From a bacterium (GTDB lineage: Bacteria > Desulfobacterota_D > UBA1144): a stretch of 64,000 bases of DNA. Below the pieces are notes generated by a model that saw only the letters and a list, made by a program, of their open reading frames with translations, was not told where the DNA came from and ran no database searches. Positions 9,199 through 18,847 of the stretch are shown piece after piece (the stretch's first letter is position 1; each line of letters starts with the position of its first letter). The stretch covers positions 24,702-88,701 of the forward strand of contig JABILG010000018.1 of assembly GCA_018654605.1 (NCBI GenBank). The letters run 5' to 3'. The translations under genes and the position numbers were made by a program.

Positions 9199-10053
9199 TT
9201 GATTAAAAAAAAATTTATTAAATCTATTGAAATTATACCTCCAAGGTACAAAATTGATAATTTATTCTTAAATCAAATTGTTAAGTACAACAAATCATTC
9301 GATTTATTAGACATAGCCTGTGCACCTATGGCTAATCTAAGAATCTCACCTATTTCATATGCTCACAACTTGATATTAAAAGGGATTAATCCTAATAAAA
9401 TAATAGTAAACTTTTCTACTAGAGATAAGAATACATTAGCGTTACAAAGTGAAATACTTGGAGTCGCTAGTATGGGTATATCTAAATTACTCTTAGTGAA
9501 AGGCGATCCTATATCAATCGGTAATAGCAAAAGATCTAAGGAAGTCTTTGAATTAAGAACTAATGATTTTATATCACTGGTAAACAACTTAAATAAAGGT
9601 GTCGACTATTCGAAAAATTTAATAAATTTTAGCCTTAACCTTACTATAGGTTCGACTTTGAACATTGACCTGCCCTTTAAGAAGATTCAAAAAACTATAA
9701 CAAAGAGGCAAAATATTGGATCAGACTTCTTAATAACTCAGCCTCTATATTCAGAAGAAGATTTTGTTAATCTCAGAGAACTTTCAAAGTTTTCTAAATG
9801 TAAAATATTTGCAGGAATTTTCCCCATAAAGAACAAGAAAACTTTTAAGAACCTAAACAATAAAATTAATGGTATAAATAGGAACAATATTCTATTTGAT
9901 GAGCTTAAAAAATCGAAAGAAGAAGATTTCATAAACATTTCATCTAAATACTTAATTGAATTACTAAAAAAGTATAAAAAAGACCTTCATGGAGTTCATA
10001 TTATGACTGCTGGGGATATAGTCTTAGCATCCAAGATATCAAATAAAGTTTAA
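9199..10053 (+). CDS. metF: Methylenetetrahydrofolate reductase-like protein (YitJ C-terminal-domain type)
   Basis: SIEIIPPR, APMANLRIS, TRDKNTLALQSEILG, GDP, FLITQP, GIFP, GVHIM; TTG start. Confidence 0.8.
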   Translation: MIKKKFIKSIEIIPPRYKIDNLFLNQIVKYNKSFDLLDIACAPMANLRISPISYAHNLILKGINPNKIIVNFSTRDKNTLALQSEILGVASMGISKLLLVKGDPISIGNSKRSKEVFELRTNDFISLVNNLNKGVDYSKNLINFSLNLTIGSTLNIDLPFKKIQKTITKRQNIGSDFLITQPLYSEEDFVNLRELSKFSKCKIFAGIFPIKNKKTFKNLNNKINGINRNNILFDELKKSKEEDFINISSKYLIELLKKYKKDLHGVHIMTAGDIVLASKISNKV

Positions 10054-10721
10054 TGCCAGATACAAAAAAGACATTTGACTCAATCTCAAAAAATTATGAT
10101 TTAATTAATCAGCTTATAAGTTTTGGGCTTCACAAAAAATGGAAGAAAGATTTTGTAAATTTAATCAATTTTCACGGTGATGTCGTAGATTTGGCTACAG
10201 GCACTGGAGATATCGCTATATCAATAAAAGAGAAATTCCCTGACGTTAAAGTTGTAGGATATGACCCAAGTAGCAGGATGCTTGAGATTGCTAAAAATAA
10301 AAACTCAAATAAAACAATCCTCTTTAAGAATGGATTTTGTGAGAATATGCCTTTTTCTGATTCAAGTTTTAACTTTGCAACTATAACCTTTGGTATTAGA
10401 AATACTAAATCTATACCTAAAAGTTTGAGTGAAATAAGAAGAATTTTAAAAGAAAATGGTGTTCTAATGATTATGGAATTTTCAAAATCTGACAACTTTG
10501 TTATTAAGAATCTATATAATATGTATTTAAATTATATTATTCCCATCATAGGACTCTTGTTCTCCAAATATGATGAGTATAAATATCTCGCTACTTCAAT
10601 CGAGTCTTTTTATTCTAAAGATGAAATGAATGAGATCTTAAGTAAAAATGGGTTTACAGTTGATAGGAATGTTCAGTATAATTTTGGCTTAGTGACCATC
10701 TATATAGTAACTAAAAGTTAA
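10053..10721 (+). CDS. ubiE: UbiE/MenG family quinone biosynthesis C-methyltransferase
   Basis: FDSISKNYDLINQLISFGLHKKWK, DLATGTGD, TITFGIRN, EFS, YKYLATSI. Confidence 0.9.
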   Translation: MPDTKKTFDSISKNYDLINQLISFGLHKKWKKDFVNLINFHGDVVDLATGTGDIAISIKEKFPDVKVVGYDPSSRMLEIAKNKNSNKTILFKNGFCENMPFSDSSFNFATITFGIRNTKSIPKSLSEIRRILKENGVLMIMEFSKSDNFVIKNLYNMYLNYIIPIIGLLFSKYDEYKYLATSIESFYSKDEMNEILSKNGFTVDRNVQYNFGLVTIYIVTKS

Positions 10722-11716
10722 ACCTTGAAAGTCTCTAAAATTTGATCTTGGTATCCTCTAATAGTTCCAGAATCTAAATAATAATGGGGGGCCGTTAAAA
10801 TTGGAAATGACAAAAACTCTTTATATTCCTCAAGTTGTGATAATGCATCATCTCTGTCCCCACAAATTGCAAAATCTTTAACCATTTGGTCTGAAACATT
10901 TCTAATCATTTCTTCTTTGTCATTATTAAAATATGCATCTCTAATTTTTTTTATGTTATCTTCATAGCCTAAGTCTATAAAAGGCTTAAAGTATGCTTTG
11001 ACAGTTGCATAGAATGCTATAGTCCCCTTTGCATCGTTTACCGCTTTCTGTTTATCATTATTTATTGAACACAATACGATTGACGTAATTTTTGCTTTTG
11101 AATTATTCTTTTTAAAATACGGAAGAATATTATTTTCTAGATAATCTTTAGAACAAACTACATGCCCAATATAGCCATCAAAAATCTCACTTGATAAATT
11201 AGTCATATTTGGACCAATACCGCCTAAATACAGTGGTATTTGAGCTCTGAGGGGCTGAAATGGTCTTCTAAATGAACGTATAGTTAAATCATAGAAGTCA
11301 TCCTTGTAAATCAAGTCTTCTCTATTAATTAAAGACTTTTCAATATTTCTAAATAGCGCATTAAAGCTTTTCATTCTTTCTGTAGGTTTATCGAAATCAG
11401 GAAAATTGTGCCACTTCCTATTTGTATTTATTGCACCGGAACCTAGACCTAAAATTAATCTTCCATTAGATATTTCATCTATATCGTGCGCTGATATAAC
11501 AGTTACGAGAGGGCTTCTAGTAAAAGCAAGGGTAACAGCTGACCCCAAGTTAATAGTGCTCGTAATAGAAGATAAATAACTTAATTGCTCGAATGAACTT
11601 CTATATAACTCAGTAACCCAAAGAGAATGAAAACCATTTCTTTCAGCTTTTTCAGAAACATATTTTTGATTATCAAAAGAAGTAGGGTCTAAGATTAACC
11701 CAATATTGTTCGTCAT
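10718..11716 (-). CDS. LLM-class flavin (possibly F420)-dependent oxidoreductase
   Basis: AERNGFHSLWVTE, TSTINLGSAV, AFTRSP, DEISNGRLILGLGSG, IPLYLGGIGPNM. Confidence 0.88.
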   Translation of the reverse strand: MTNNIGLILDPTSFDNQKYVSEKAERNGFHSLWVTELYRSSFEQLSYLSSITSTINLGSAVTLAFTRSPLVTVISAHDIDEISNGRLILGLGSGAINTNRKWHNFPDFDKPTERMKSFNALFRNIEKSLINREDLIYKDDFYDLTIRSFRRPFQPLRAQIPLYLGGIGPNMTNLSSEIFDGYIGHVVCSKDYLENNILPYFKKNNSKAKITSIVLCSINNDKQKAVNDAKGTIAFYATVKAYFKPFIDLGYEDNIKKIRDAYFNNDKEEMIRNVSDQMVKDFAICGDRDDALSQLEEYKEFLSFPILTAPHYYLDSGTIRGYQDQILETFKV

Positions 11717-12154
11717 TTATTCCACCTTTTTTGAATCACTTACTTCTTCATCAACTAATTCGGGGGAATCAATCTTGGACTGATCTTGAAATGGAACTTC
11801 CATCCCAACTAACTCAATCAAAGATATAGGTGCAGCATCTCCTCTTCTAAAATTAAGCTTAACTATTCTAGTATAGCCTCCAGGTCTATCAGAAAAAGAT
11901 GGGGCTATTTCTTCAAATAATTTCTTAAGAATATCTTTATCTTTAATCTTTGTATTAACCAATCTTCTTGAATGGACAGAGTCAGTTTTTGCAGTTGTAA
12001 TAATTTTCTCGCTAAATCTTTTTAGCTCCTTAATTTTAACATCAGTTGAAGTTATTCTTCCATGTCTAAATAGTTCTGTACAAAGATTCCTTAAAACTGA
12101 TAATCTATGTTCTGTCTTTAATCCTAATTTTCCTTTTCTAACTCTATGTCGCAT
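11717..12154 (-). CDS. rplQ: 50S ribosomal protein L17
   Basis: MRHR...LG, RPGGYTRIVK, RRGDAAP; acidic C-terminal tail. Confidence 0.97.
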   Translation of the reverse strand: MRHRVRKGKLGLKTEHRLSVLRNLCTELFRHGRITSTDVKIKELKRFSEKIITTAKTDSVHSRRLVNTKIKDKDILKKLFEEIAPSFSDRPGGYTRIVKLNFRRGDAAPISLIELVGMEVPFQDQSKIDSPELVDEEVSDSKKVE

Positions 12155-12158
12155 AAAT

Positions 12159-13202
12159 CTAACCTACATCTTCGCTTACTTCTGTTTCCTCTTTCTTCTT
12201 TCTTTGCTCAAAATATAAGTCTCTATTAATATCCTCACCTAATTTTAAAGAAAAGGAGGCGACTACATCTCTTACTTCATACAAAGAACGTTTACCAAAA
12301 TTCTCTAGATTCAGTAAATCATCTTCACTTAACTGAATTAAATCTCCCAGAAATTTAATATTAGCTTTGCTTAAACAATTTAAAGAACGTGCAGAGAAGT
12401 CTAAATCTTCTACTTTAGTGAACAATACGTCCTCACCACCTGTAATCTCTTCTTTGATATCTTCAATAATCGGAATAGCATCAATTTCTTCTTCGTTGAA
12501 ATTAATAAATACAGATATTTGTTCTTTGATTATCTTTGAGGAAAATGCTACTGCGTCTTCTGGTGTAATTGTTCCATTGGTCCAAACTTCAAGAGTTAGT
12601 TTCTCAAAATCTGTTCTTCTTCCAACCCTCGCACTAGTAACGCCATAGTTGACTTTAACTACAGGGGAATATATAGCATCCAACTGAACTTCGCCGATTA
12701 TATGGTCGGCTGTTTCTTCTCTGGCTTCTACGGGTACATAACCTCTTCCCATTTGTATAGTTAAAACCATATCAAGTTTTGCACCTTCAGATAATGTAGC
12801 AATATATTGATCAGGGTCAACTATCTCGACATTTTGATTAACTTCAATATCAGAAGCTTTAACTTGCCCTTCACCTGAGACACTTAATGAAACTTCTTGG
12901 TCTTCATAAGTATGCATTCTTAATTTTAATTGTTTTAGATTTAATATTATCTCTGTGACATCCTCGGTTACCCCTGGGATAGTAGAGAACTCATGCATAA
13001 CACCGTCTATTTTAACTTTTGTTATTGCTGGTCCCTGTATCGATGACAGCAGAACTCTTCTTAATGTATTACCAATAGTAACACCATATCCCTTTTCTAA
13101 AGGTTGACATGTAAATTTAGCGTAATCATCAGCTTTTGACTTTTGATCTACTTGAATAGATTTAGGCCTATGAAGACCAAGCCAGTTTTTCTGAAATTCC
13201 AT
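12159..13202 (-). CDS. rpoA: RNA polymerase alpha subunit
   Basis: PLEKGYGVTIGNTLRRVLLSS, HEFSTIPGV, SARSLNCL, NFGKRSL. Confidence 0.98.
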   Translation of the reverse strand: MEFQKNWLGLHRPKSIQVDQKSKADDYAKFTCQPLEKGYGVTIGNTLRRVLLSSIQGPAITKVKIDGVMHEFSTIPGVTEDVTEIILNLKQLKLRMHTYEDQEVSLSVSGEGQVKASDIEVNQNVEIVDPDQYIATLSEGAKLDMVLTIQMGRGYVPVEAREETADHIIGEVQLDAIYSPVVKVNYGVTSARVGRRTDFEKLTLEVWTNGTITPEDAVAFSSKIIKEQISVFINFNEEEIDAIPIIEDIKEEITGGEDVLFTKVEDLDFSARSLNCLSKANIKFLGDLIQLSEDDLLNLENFGKRSLYEVRDVVASFSLKLGEDINRDLYFEQRKKKEETEVSEDVG

Positions 13203-13211
13203 TTATTTCTC

Positions 13212-13841
13212 CTATAATTTTGAGTAAAACTCAATAATTAATTGTTCATCGACAGGTTGTTTAAAATCCTCTCTATTTGGTAGCCTTTTAATAATTCCCT
13301 CTAGTTTTTCAGAGTTTAGTTCTAACCAATCTGGTACACCTCTTCTTGCAACTGATTCAATCGAACTTTTGACTCTTACGTTGTCCCTAATCTTTTCCTT
13401 TAATTCAATACGGTCCTCTAAAGAAACTATAAATGAAGGAATATCTACTTTTTTACCATTAACTAATATGTGACCATGATTTACGTACTGTCTTGCTTCA
13501 CTTCTTGAACTAAGCATTCCAAGTCTATAAACAACATTATCAAGGCGCCTCTCAAGATTAGAAATTAAATTGTGACCGGTAACACCATTTTCCTTAGCAG
13601 CTTTTATGTAATTATTCCTGAATTGCTTCTCGGTTAATCCAAAGATTCTTTTTAATTTCTGCTTTTCTCTTAATCTAACAGCATATTCAGAATATTTCTG
13701 TCTAAAATTAGACTGTGACTGTCCAGGCTTAACGTCAAGACGTCTAGCAGCTTTATCTGTATAAGATCTATCTCCTTTTAAGAAAAGTTCCTGCCCTTCT
13801 CTTCTGGATAGTTTAGTTGTTGGTCCTGTATATCTTGACAA
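13212..13841 (-). CDS. rpsD: 30S ribosomal protein S4
   Basis: SRYTGP...RREG, LREKQK, LERRLDNVVYR; start set at TTG 13841 with GAGGT RBS. Confidence 0.97.
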   Translation of the reverse strand: MSRYTGPTTKLSRREGQELFLKGDRSYTDKAARRLDVKPGQSQSNFRQKYSEYAVRLREKQKLKRIFGLTEKQFRNNYIKAAKENGVTGHNLISNLERRLDNVVYRLGMLSSRSEARQYVNHGHILVNGKKVDIPSFIVSLEDRIELKEKIRDNVRVKSSIESVARRGVPDWLELNSEKLEGIIKRLPNREDFKQPVDEQLIIEFYSKL

Positions 13842-13851
13842 TTTATACCTC

Positions 13852-14235
13852 TTAGACTCTTCTCTTTGCAGGTGGTCTACAACCATTATGCGGCAAAGGA
13901 GTAACGTCTCTTATTGAACTTACTTTAATTCCTACATTCTGTATTGATCTTATTGCTGTCTCACGACCTGGCCCTGGTCCTTTAACAAAAACTGATATTG
14001 TTTTCATGCCAAATTCTAATGCTTTTTTTGCTGCGTCCTCAGCTGCCATTTGTGCCGCAAAAGGTGTCCCTTTTCGAGTCCCCTTGAAACCTTTTTTTCC
14101 AGCAGCTCCCCATGATAAAACATTTCCCGACTCATCAGTTATGGTAATTATAGTATTATTAAAGGTAGCTTGAATATGAGCCTGTCCTGATTCAACAAAT
14201 TTTTTTACTTTTTTTACTTTTTTTACTTTTTTCAA
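13852..14235 (-). CDS. rpsK: 30S ribosomal protein S11
   Basis: [36 protein letters not shown]; TTG start. Confidence 0.98.
   Translation of the reverse strand: MKKVKKVKKVKKFVESGQAHIQATFNNTIITITDESGNVLSWGAAGKKGFKGTRKGTPFAAQMAAEDAAKKALEFGMKTISVFVKGPGPGRETAIRSIQNVGIKVSSIRDVTPLPHNGCRPPAKRRV
14200..14232 (-). repeat. Perfect 9-bp tandem repeat (AAAAAAGTA)x3 + AAAAAA at the rpsK 5' end
   Basis: Read directly; encodes [11 protein letters not shown]. Confidence 0.85.
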
Positions 14236-14254
14236 TTTATAGATGCTCCAAAAT

Positions 14255-14635
14255 TTATTTAGCTGCTAACTTTTTCTTAGCAATAGCAAGACCTTTCTTA
14301 CCTCTTCTAGTTCTAGCGTTAGATTTAGTCCTTTGGCCTCTAGAAGGTAGTTTCTTTCTGTGTCTGATCCCTCTGTATGAATTTATATCCGACAATCTTT
14401 TAATATTGTTCTGAATTTCCACTCTTAATTCACCTTCAACTAGACAATCGCTTTCAATATATTGTCTAATTTTAGAAACATCAGAGTCTGTTAGGTCTTT
14501 TGTTTTAGTCGTTGGGTCAATATTTGCACTTGTGAGTATATCTTTCGATACCTTGGGTCCTACACCATATATATAGGTTAAAGAGACATCAACTCTCTTA
14601 TTATCTGGTATATCTACTCCTGCAATTCTAGGCAT
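14255..14635 (-). CDS. rpsM: 30S ribosomal protein S13
   Basis: [36 protein letters not shown]. Confidence 0.98.
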   Translation of the reverse strand: MPRIAGVDIPDNKRVDVSLTYIYGVGPKVSKDILTSANIDPTTKTKDLTDSDVSKIRQYIESDCLVEGELRVEIQNNIKRLSDINSYRGIRHRKKLPSRGQRTKSNARTRRGKKGLAIAKKKLAAK

Positions 14636-14674
14636 AATCTCTCCAATAAAAAGCTTATATTATATCTTATAAAC

Positions 14675-14893
14675 TCACTTCAATCTATAGGTTATTCTTC
14701 CTTTTGTCAAATCATAAGGGGAAACCTCTACTTTGACCTTATCTCCAGGCAGAATCCTAATAAAGTGGGTTCTCATCTTACCGGAAACATATGCAAGTAT
14801 TTTATGCTCATTTTCAAGTTCAACCTTAAACATAGCATTAGGTAACGCTTCTAAAATTGTTCCTTCTAATTCTATTCTATCTTCTTTTGCCAT
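14675..14893 (-). CDS. infA: Translation initiation factor IF-1
   Basis: [30 protein letters not shown]. Confidence 0.98.
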   Translation of the reverse strand: MAKEDRIELEGTILEALPNAMFKVELENEHKILAYVSGKMRTHFIRILPGDKVKVEVSPYDLTKGRITYRLK

Positions 14894-14895
14894 AT

Positions 14896-15657
14896 TTAGT
14901 TAGTTAAATTAACTGGTCCTTTTTTTGTTATTGCGATTGTATGTTCAAAATGTGCAGATAGGCTACCATCTTTAGTAACAACAGTCCAATTATCGTCAGT
15001 GACTTCAACGTCTGGTGCTCCAATATTAACCATAGGCTCTATTGCTATAACTAACCCTTCTACAAGGTCGAGAGATTTTTCTCTTTTCTCCGAATCTAAA
15101 ACAAAGTTAGGTACTTGTGGGTCCTCATGAAGGTTTCTTCCGATTCCATGTCCAACATATGATCTAACTATAGAAAACCTGTTTTCTTCAACATAATCCT
15201 GTATTGCTTTTGAGATATCATAAAGCTTGTTACCTACGACTGCATTCTCAATTCCTTTATCTAACGATTTCCTCGTTACATCAACAAGCTTCTTAGTCTC
15301 CTCATTTAGGTCACCAACACCAAAAGTAAAAGCAGAGTCAGCATAAAAACCATCCTTAAACACCCCAAAGTCAACACCTATAATATCACCATTTTTTAAA
15401 ATTCTATTTTTTGATGGAATACCATGAACAACTTCTTTGTTAATAGATGCACAAATTGATCCAGGAAAGTCTTGATAACCCTTAAAGGCTGGTTTGAAAC
15501 CTTTTGAAAGAGTATATTCCTCAGCAACTTTGTCTAATTCCCAGGTAGAAACACCAGGCTCTACTAATTTAGATAAGATTTGTTGGACTTGTGCAATAAT
15601 TGCACCGCAATTCTTTATTCTTTCAATATTTTTCTTATTTTTTAATTGTATTGCCAT
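14896..15657 (-). CDS. map: Methionine aminopeptidase type I
   Basis: [16 protein letters not shown]...ADSA, GHGIG..LHEDP, IEPM, SAHFEHT. Confidence 0.97.
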   Translation of the reverse strand: MAIQLKNKKNIERIKNCGAIIAQVQQILSKLVEPGVSTWELDKVAEEYTLSKGFKPAFKGYQDFPGSICASINKEVVHGIPSKNRILKNGDIIGVDFGVFKDGFYADSAFTFGVGDLNEETKKLVDVTRKSLDKGIENAVVGNKLYDISKAIQDYVEENRFSIVRSYVGHGIGRNLHEDPQVPNFVLDSEKREKSLDLVEGLVIAIEPMVNIGAPDVEVTDDNWTVVTKDGSLSAHFEHTIAITKKGPVNLTN

Positions 15658-15665
15658 AATCTCTA

Positions 15666-16211
15666 TTATAAAGCTTTAAATATGTTCTCCGAAACGATTT
15701 CAACAGAATCGTCACCCTTTATTTCAACTAATATACCTAAATCTTTATAATACTCTTTGATAGGTAAGGTCTGGTTCTTGTAAACATCTAATCTGTTTTT
15801 TATAGTCTCTTCATTATCATCGCTTCGTCCTCTCAAAAGAAGCCTTTCAATTAAAACAGAATCTTGAACTTCCAAGGAAACAACATTGTCAACCTTCAGG
15901 CTATTAGCTTTAAGCATAGCATCTAATGCATGAGCTTGAGATATTGTTCGAGGAAAACCATCAAGTAAAAAACCTTTACCAGAAGTCTCTGTAGTAATCT
16001 TATTCTTAATCATGCTAATAATAAGTTCGTCTGTAACCAGCTCACCTGCTTCCATAAATTTTTTAGCCATTAAACCCAATTCTGACTCTTTAGATACCTC
16101 TTCTCGTAATATGTCACCCGTTGAAAGATGTAACAAATCCAACCTGTCCTTCAGTGCGTCAGCCTGTGTTCCTTTTCCGGCTCCTGGGGGTCCAAATAAA
16201 ACTAAAATCAT
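15666..16211 (-). CDS. adk: Adenylate kinase (short form, no LID domain)
   Basis: GPPGAGKGT, HLSTGDILR, LDGFPRT, RGRSDDNEETIKNRL. Confidence 0.96.
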   Translation of the reverse strand: MILVLFGPPGAGKGTQADALKDRLDLLHLSTGDILREEVSKESELGLMAKKFMEAGELVTDELIISMIKNKITTETSGKGFLLDGFPRTISQAHALDAMLKANSLKVDNVVSLEVQDSVLIERLLLRGRSDDNEETIKNRLDVYKNQTLPIKEYYKDLGILVEIKGDDSVEIVSENIFKAL

Positions 16212-16215
16212 TCTC

Positions 16216-17523
16216 TCACCTCAAATTAAACCTACTAGGTTCTTTTTTTGTTTTCTTTCCATTCATCTGATCATAGTTAGACGAAATCAAGAAAGATTCA
16301 ATTTGTTGAATTGTATCTAGCGTAACACCTATAACAATTAGAAGAGATGTGCCGCCAAAGTAGAAAGGTAAGCTAAAAGGTTTAGCATTTAATATGGCTG
16401 GTATTATGCAAACAATTGCAAGGTATATGGCGCCAATAACTGTAAGTTTTGACATTATTAATTTAATATAATCAGTTGTATTCTTTCCAGGTCGAATCCC
16501 AGGAATAAAAGCCCCACCTTTTTTTAGATTTTCAGACATCTCATCAGGCTTAATTACCATCCCTGTATAGAAAAAAGTAAAAAATATAACTAGTACAGCA
16601 AAAACTGAATTATAGAAAAAACTATTATTTAAAAAAGTTTGAGCAAAATTATTTACACTTGGAATGTCAACATAATTAAACACTGTTAAAGGAAGGAGTA
16701 GAATCGATGAAGCAAATATTGGAGGGATAACTCCCGCAGGATTTATCTTCAATGGTAAATGAGAAGATTGACCAGAAAAGATTTTTCTTCCTTTAGTTTT
16801 TTGAGGATACTGAATGGGAATTTTTCTAAATGATCTCTCAACAAACACTATAGAATAAAGAATGAAGAGCATTATTATAAGAAATAGAATTACAGTTAAA
16901 ACATTTAGCTGACCGATTTTAACAAAATTAAATAAATTTCCTGTTGCACTAGGTATTCCTGCAATGATGGAAGTAGCAATTATTAGTGACAAGCCATTAC
17001 CAATCCCGTTGTTTGTTATCTGCTCGCCTAGCCACATTACAAAGAATGTTCCAGCCGTTAGTGTAATAATAGTTAAAACAAAGAAACTCATTCCTGGATT
17101 AAATACAATTTCTGCACCAGTACCTAGTCCAGTTTGCAATGCAGTTACAAGAAGTGAGCCTTGAAAAAAACAAATTAATATCGTTAAATACCTGGAATAT
17201 TGAGCTATTTTCTTTTTTCCAAGCTGATCCTTTTGCATTTCCTCCAACTTAGGAAAAGTTTTTGTCACTAAAGACATAACAATTGAAGAAGTAATATATG
17301 GCATGACGCCGAGAGCAAATATTGAAGCTCTTTCAAATGCTCCACCAGAAAACAAATTAATAATATCAAAGAATGACTTCCCCTGACTAGTAAAAACTTT
17401 TAATATTTCTTGAGAATCGACACCGGGTACAGGAACAAATACACCTAGCCTATAAATAATAAGTATTAATAATGTATATAGAATTCTTTTATTCAGTTCA
17501 GGAATCTTAGGCACAGTATCCAT
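16216..17523 (-). CDS. secY: Preprotein translocase SecY
   Basis: FSGGA..RASIFALGVMPYIT, WLGEQIT..GIGNG, GVIPPIFASS, FIPGIRPG, GGTSLLI. Confidence 0.98.
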   Translation of the reverse strand: MDTVPKIPELNKRILYTLLILIIYRLGVFVPVPGVDSQEILKVFTSQGKSFFDIINLFSGGAFERASIFALGVMPYITSSIVMSLVTKTFPKLEEMQKDQLGKKKIAQYSRYLTILICFFQGSLLVTALQTGLGTGAEIVFNPGMSFFVLTIITLTAGTFFVMWLGEQITNNGIGNGLSLIIATSIIAGIPSATGNLFNFVKIGQLNVLTVILFLIIMLFILYSIVFVERSFRKIPIQYPQKTKGRKIFSGQSSHLPLKINPAGVIPPIFASSILLLPLTVFNYVDIPSVNNFAQTFLNNSFFYNSVFAVLVIFFTFFYTGMVIKPDEMSENLKKGGAFIPGIRPGKNTTDYIKLIMSKLTVIGAIYLAIVCIIPAILNAKPFSLPFYFGGTSLLIVIGVTLDTIQQIESFLISSNYDQMNGKKTKKEPSRFNLR

Positions 17524-17527
17524 ATTA

Positions 17528-17956
17528 TTAAACTATCTTTATACTGCCACCTGCAGATTTAATTTTTTCTGTGGCTGATTTTGAAAAATGGTTTGCGGAG
17601 ATTTCATACTTTTTATCAAAATCACCGTTACCTAAAATCTTCACAGGCTTATTTCCATCTATTAGACCTATCTTGATTAATGATTCTAAATCAATTTTCT
17701 CAAGATTGTCTATCTTATTCAAAGTACCGACATTAATGACATCATATTCTTTTCTATTATAATTTCTGAAACCTCTTTTAGGTGTTCTTAAAACAAAACT
17801 TGACTGACCACCTTCAAAAAGTATAGGAACTCCGCCTCCAGATCTTGAATTCTGACCTTTATGTCCTCTACCTGCTGTCTTACCTTTTGACCCAGGACCT
17901 CTTCCTACTCTTGTTCTATTTTTTTTATTCTTAGTTTTAACTAATTCATTAAGCAT
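17528..17956 (-). CDS. rplO: 50S ribosomal protein L15
   Basis: RVGRGPGSKGKTAGRGHKGQNSRSG, FEGGQ, PKRGF; ATG at 17956. Confidence 0.97.
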   Translation of the reverse strand: MLNELVKTKNKKNRTRVGRGPGSKGKTAGRGHKGQNSRSGGGVPILFEGGQSSFVLRTPKRGFRNYNRKEYDVINVGTLNKIDNLEKIDLESLIKIGLIDGNKPVKILGNGDFDKKYEISANHFSKSATEKIKSAGGSIKIV

Positions 17957-18503
17957 TAACTTCACCTTCTGCCTTATTTCTATAATACTGTTTTGGTAAA
18001 TCTAAATCTTCTTGCTTTTTACCATGATCTGCTGCAGTTTCTGCAGGATCATTTAATTGTTTCAAACATTCAATTGTTGCATTTACAACATTAATTGGGT
18101 TCCTAGAACCCAATGACTTTGTTAAAACATCTTTAATTCCAGCTAATTCCAAAACAGACCTTACTGCTCCTCCAGCTATAACACCAGTACCTGAACTTGC
18201 AGGCCTTATCATTACCTGACTTGTTAAATGTTTAGCATAAACTTCATGACTAATAGTTCTACCGTTTAAGCTTATTTCAATTAGATTCTTTTTAGCTTTA
18301 TCTATACCTTTTCTGATAGCATCTGGAACTTCATTAGACTTACCAAGGCCTGCTCCAACTTTATCTTTACTATTTCCTATAACCACTAATGCCGTAAAAT
18401 GAAAATTCTTTCCACCTTTTGTTGTCTTAGCCACTCTTCTTATATGGACTATCTTTTCTGCAAAATCTTTATCTAAACTATTCCTCGAATTATTATTTTT
18501 CAA
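17949..18503 (-). CDS. rpsE: 30S ribosomal protein S5
   Basis: RVAKTTKGG, GKSNEVPDAIRK, GTGVIAGG, KSLGSRNPIN; TTG start. Confidence 0.97.
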   Translation of the reverse strand: MKNNNSRNSLDKDFAEKIVHIRRVAKTTKGGKNFHFTALVVIGNSKDKVGAGLGKSNEVPDAIRKGIDKAKKNLIEISLNGRTISHEVYAKHLTSQVMIRPASSGTGVIAGGAVRSVLELAGIKDVLTKSLGSRNPINVVNATIECLKQLNDPAETAADHGKKQEDLDLPKQYYRNKAEGEVNA

Positions 18504-18517
18504 AATTACACTCCAAA

Positions 18518-18847
18518 TTAAAAATTTAATCCCTTACTTCTAAGTTCGTCCGCAATTATTTTTATTCTACCGTGAAACTTGTATCCACTTTTATCAAAAA
18601 CTAATTTTTTAATACCCAATATGTCGGCTTTCTTAACTATCTCATTTACTATATCAGACGTATCAGTTTTTAATGTTGAAACTGATATTAAGGTATTGCC
18701 ACTTTTATCATCGACTAAGTTTACATATAAATTTTTTAGAGACTTGAATATATATAGCCTTGGAACCGTGCTTGTTCCTGAAATATTTTTTCTATTTCTT
18801 TTGTGACGAGTAATTCTTAATTTATTCTTAACTATTGGTTTTATCAT
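18518..18847 (-). CDS. rplR: 50S ribosomal protein L18
   Basis: GTSTVPRL, VFDKSGYKFHGRIK, GLNF; position in spc operon. Confidence 0.95.
   Translation of the reverse strand: MIKPIVKNKLRITRHKRNRKNISGTSTVPRLYIFKSLKNLYVNLVDDKSGNTLISVSTLKTDTSDIVNEIVKKADILGIKKLVFDKSGYKFHGRIKIIADELRSKGLNF

Noticed and set aside
9183-9251. Apparent 5' overlap of the ApbE-like ORF with metF
   Set aside because: ATG 9182 gives a clean signal peptide; the upstream extension is an ORF-caller artefact
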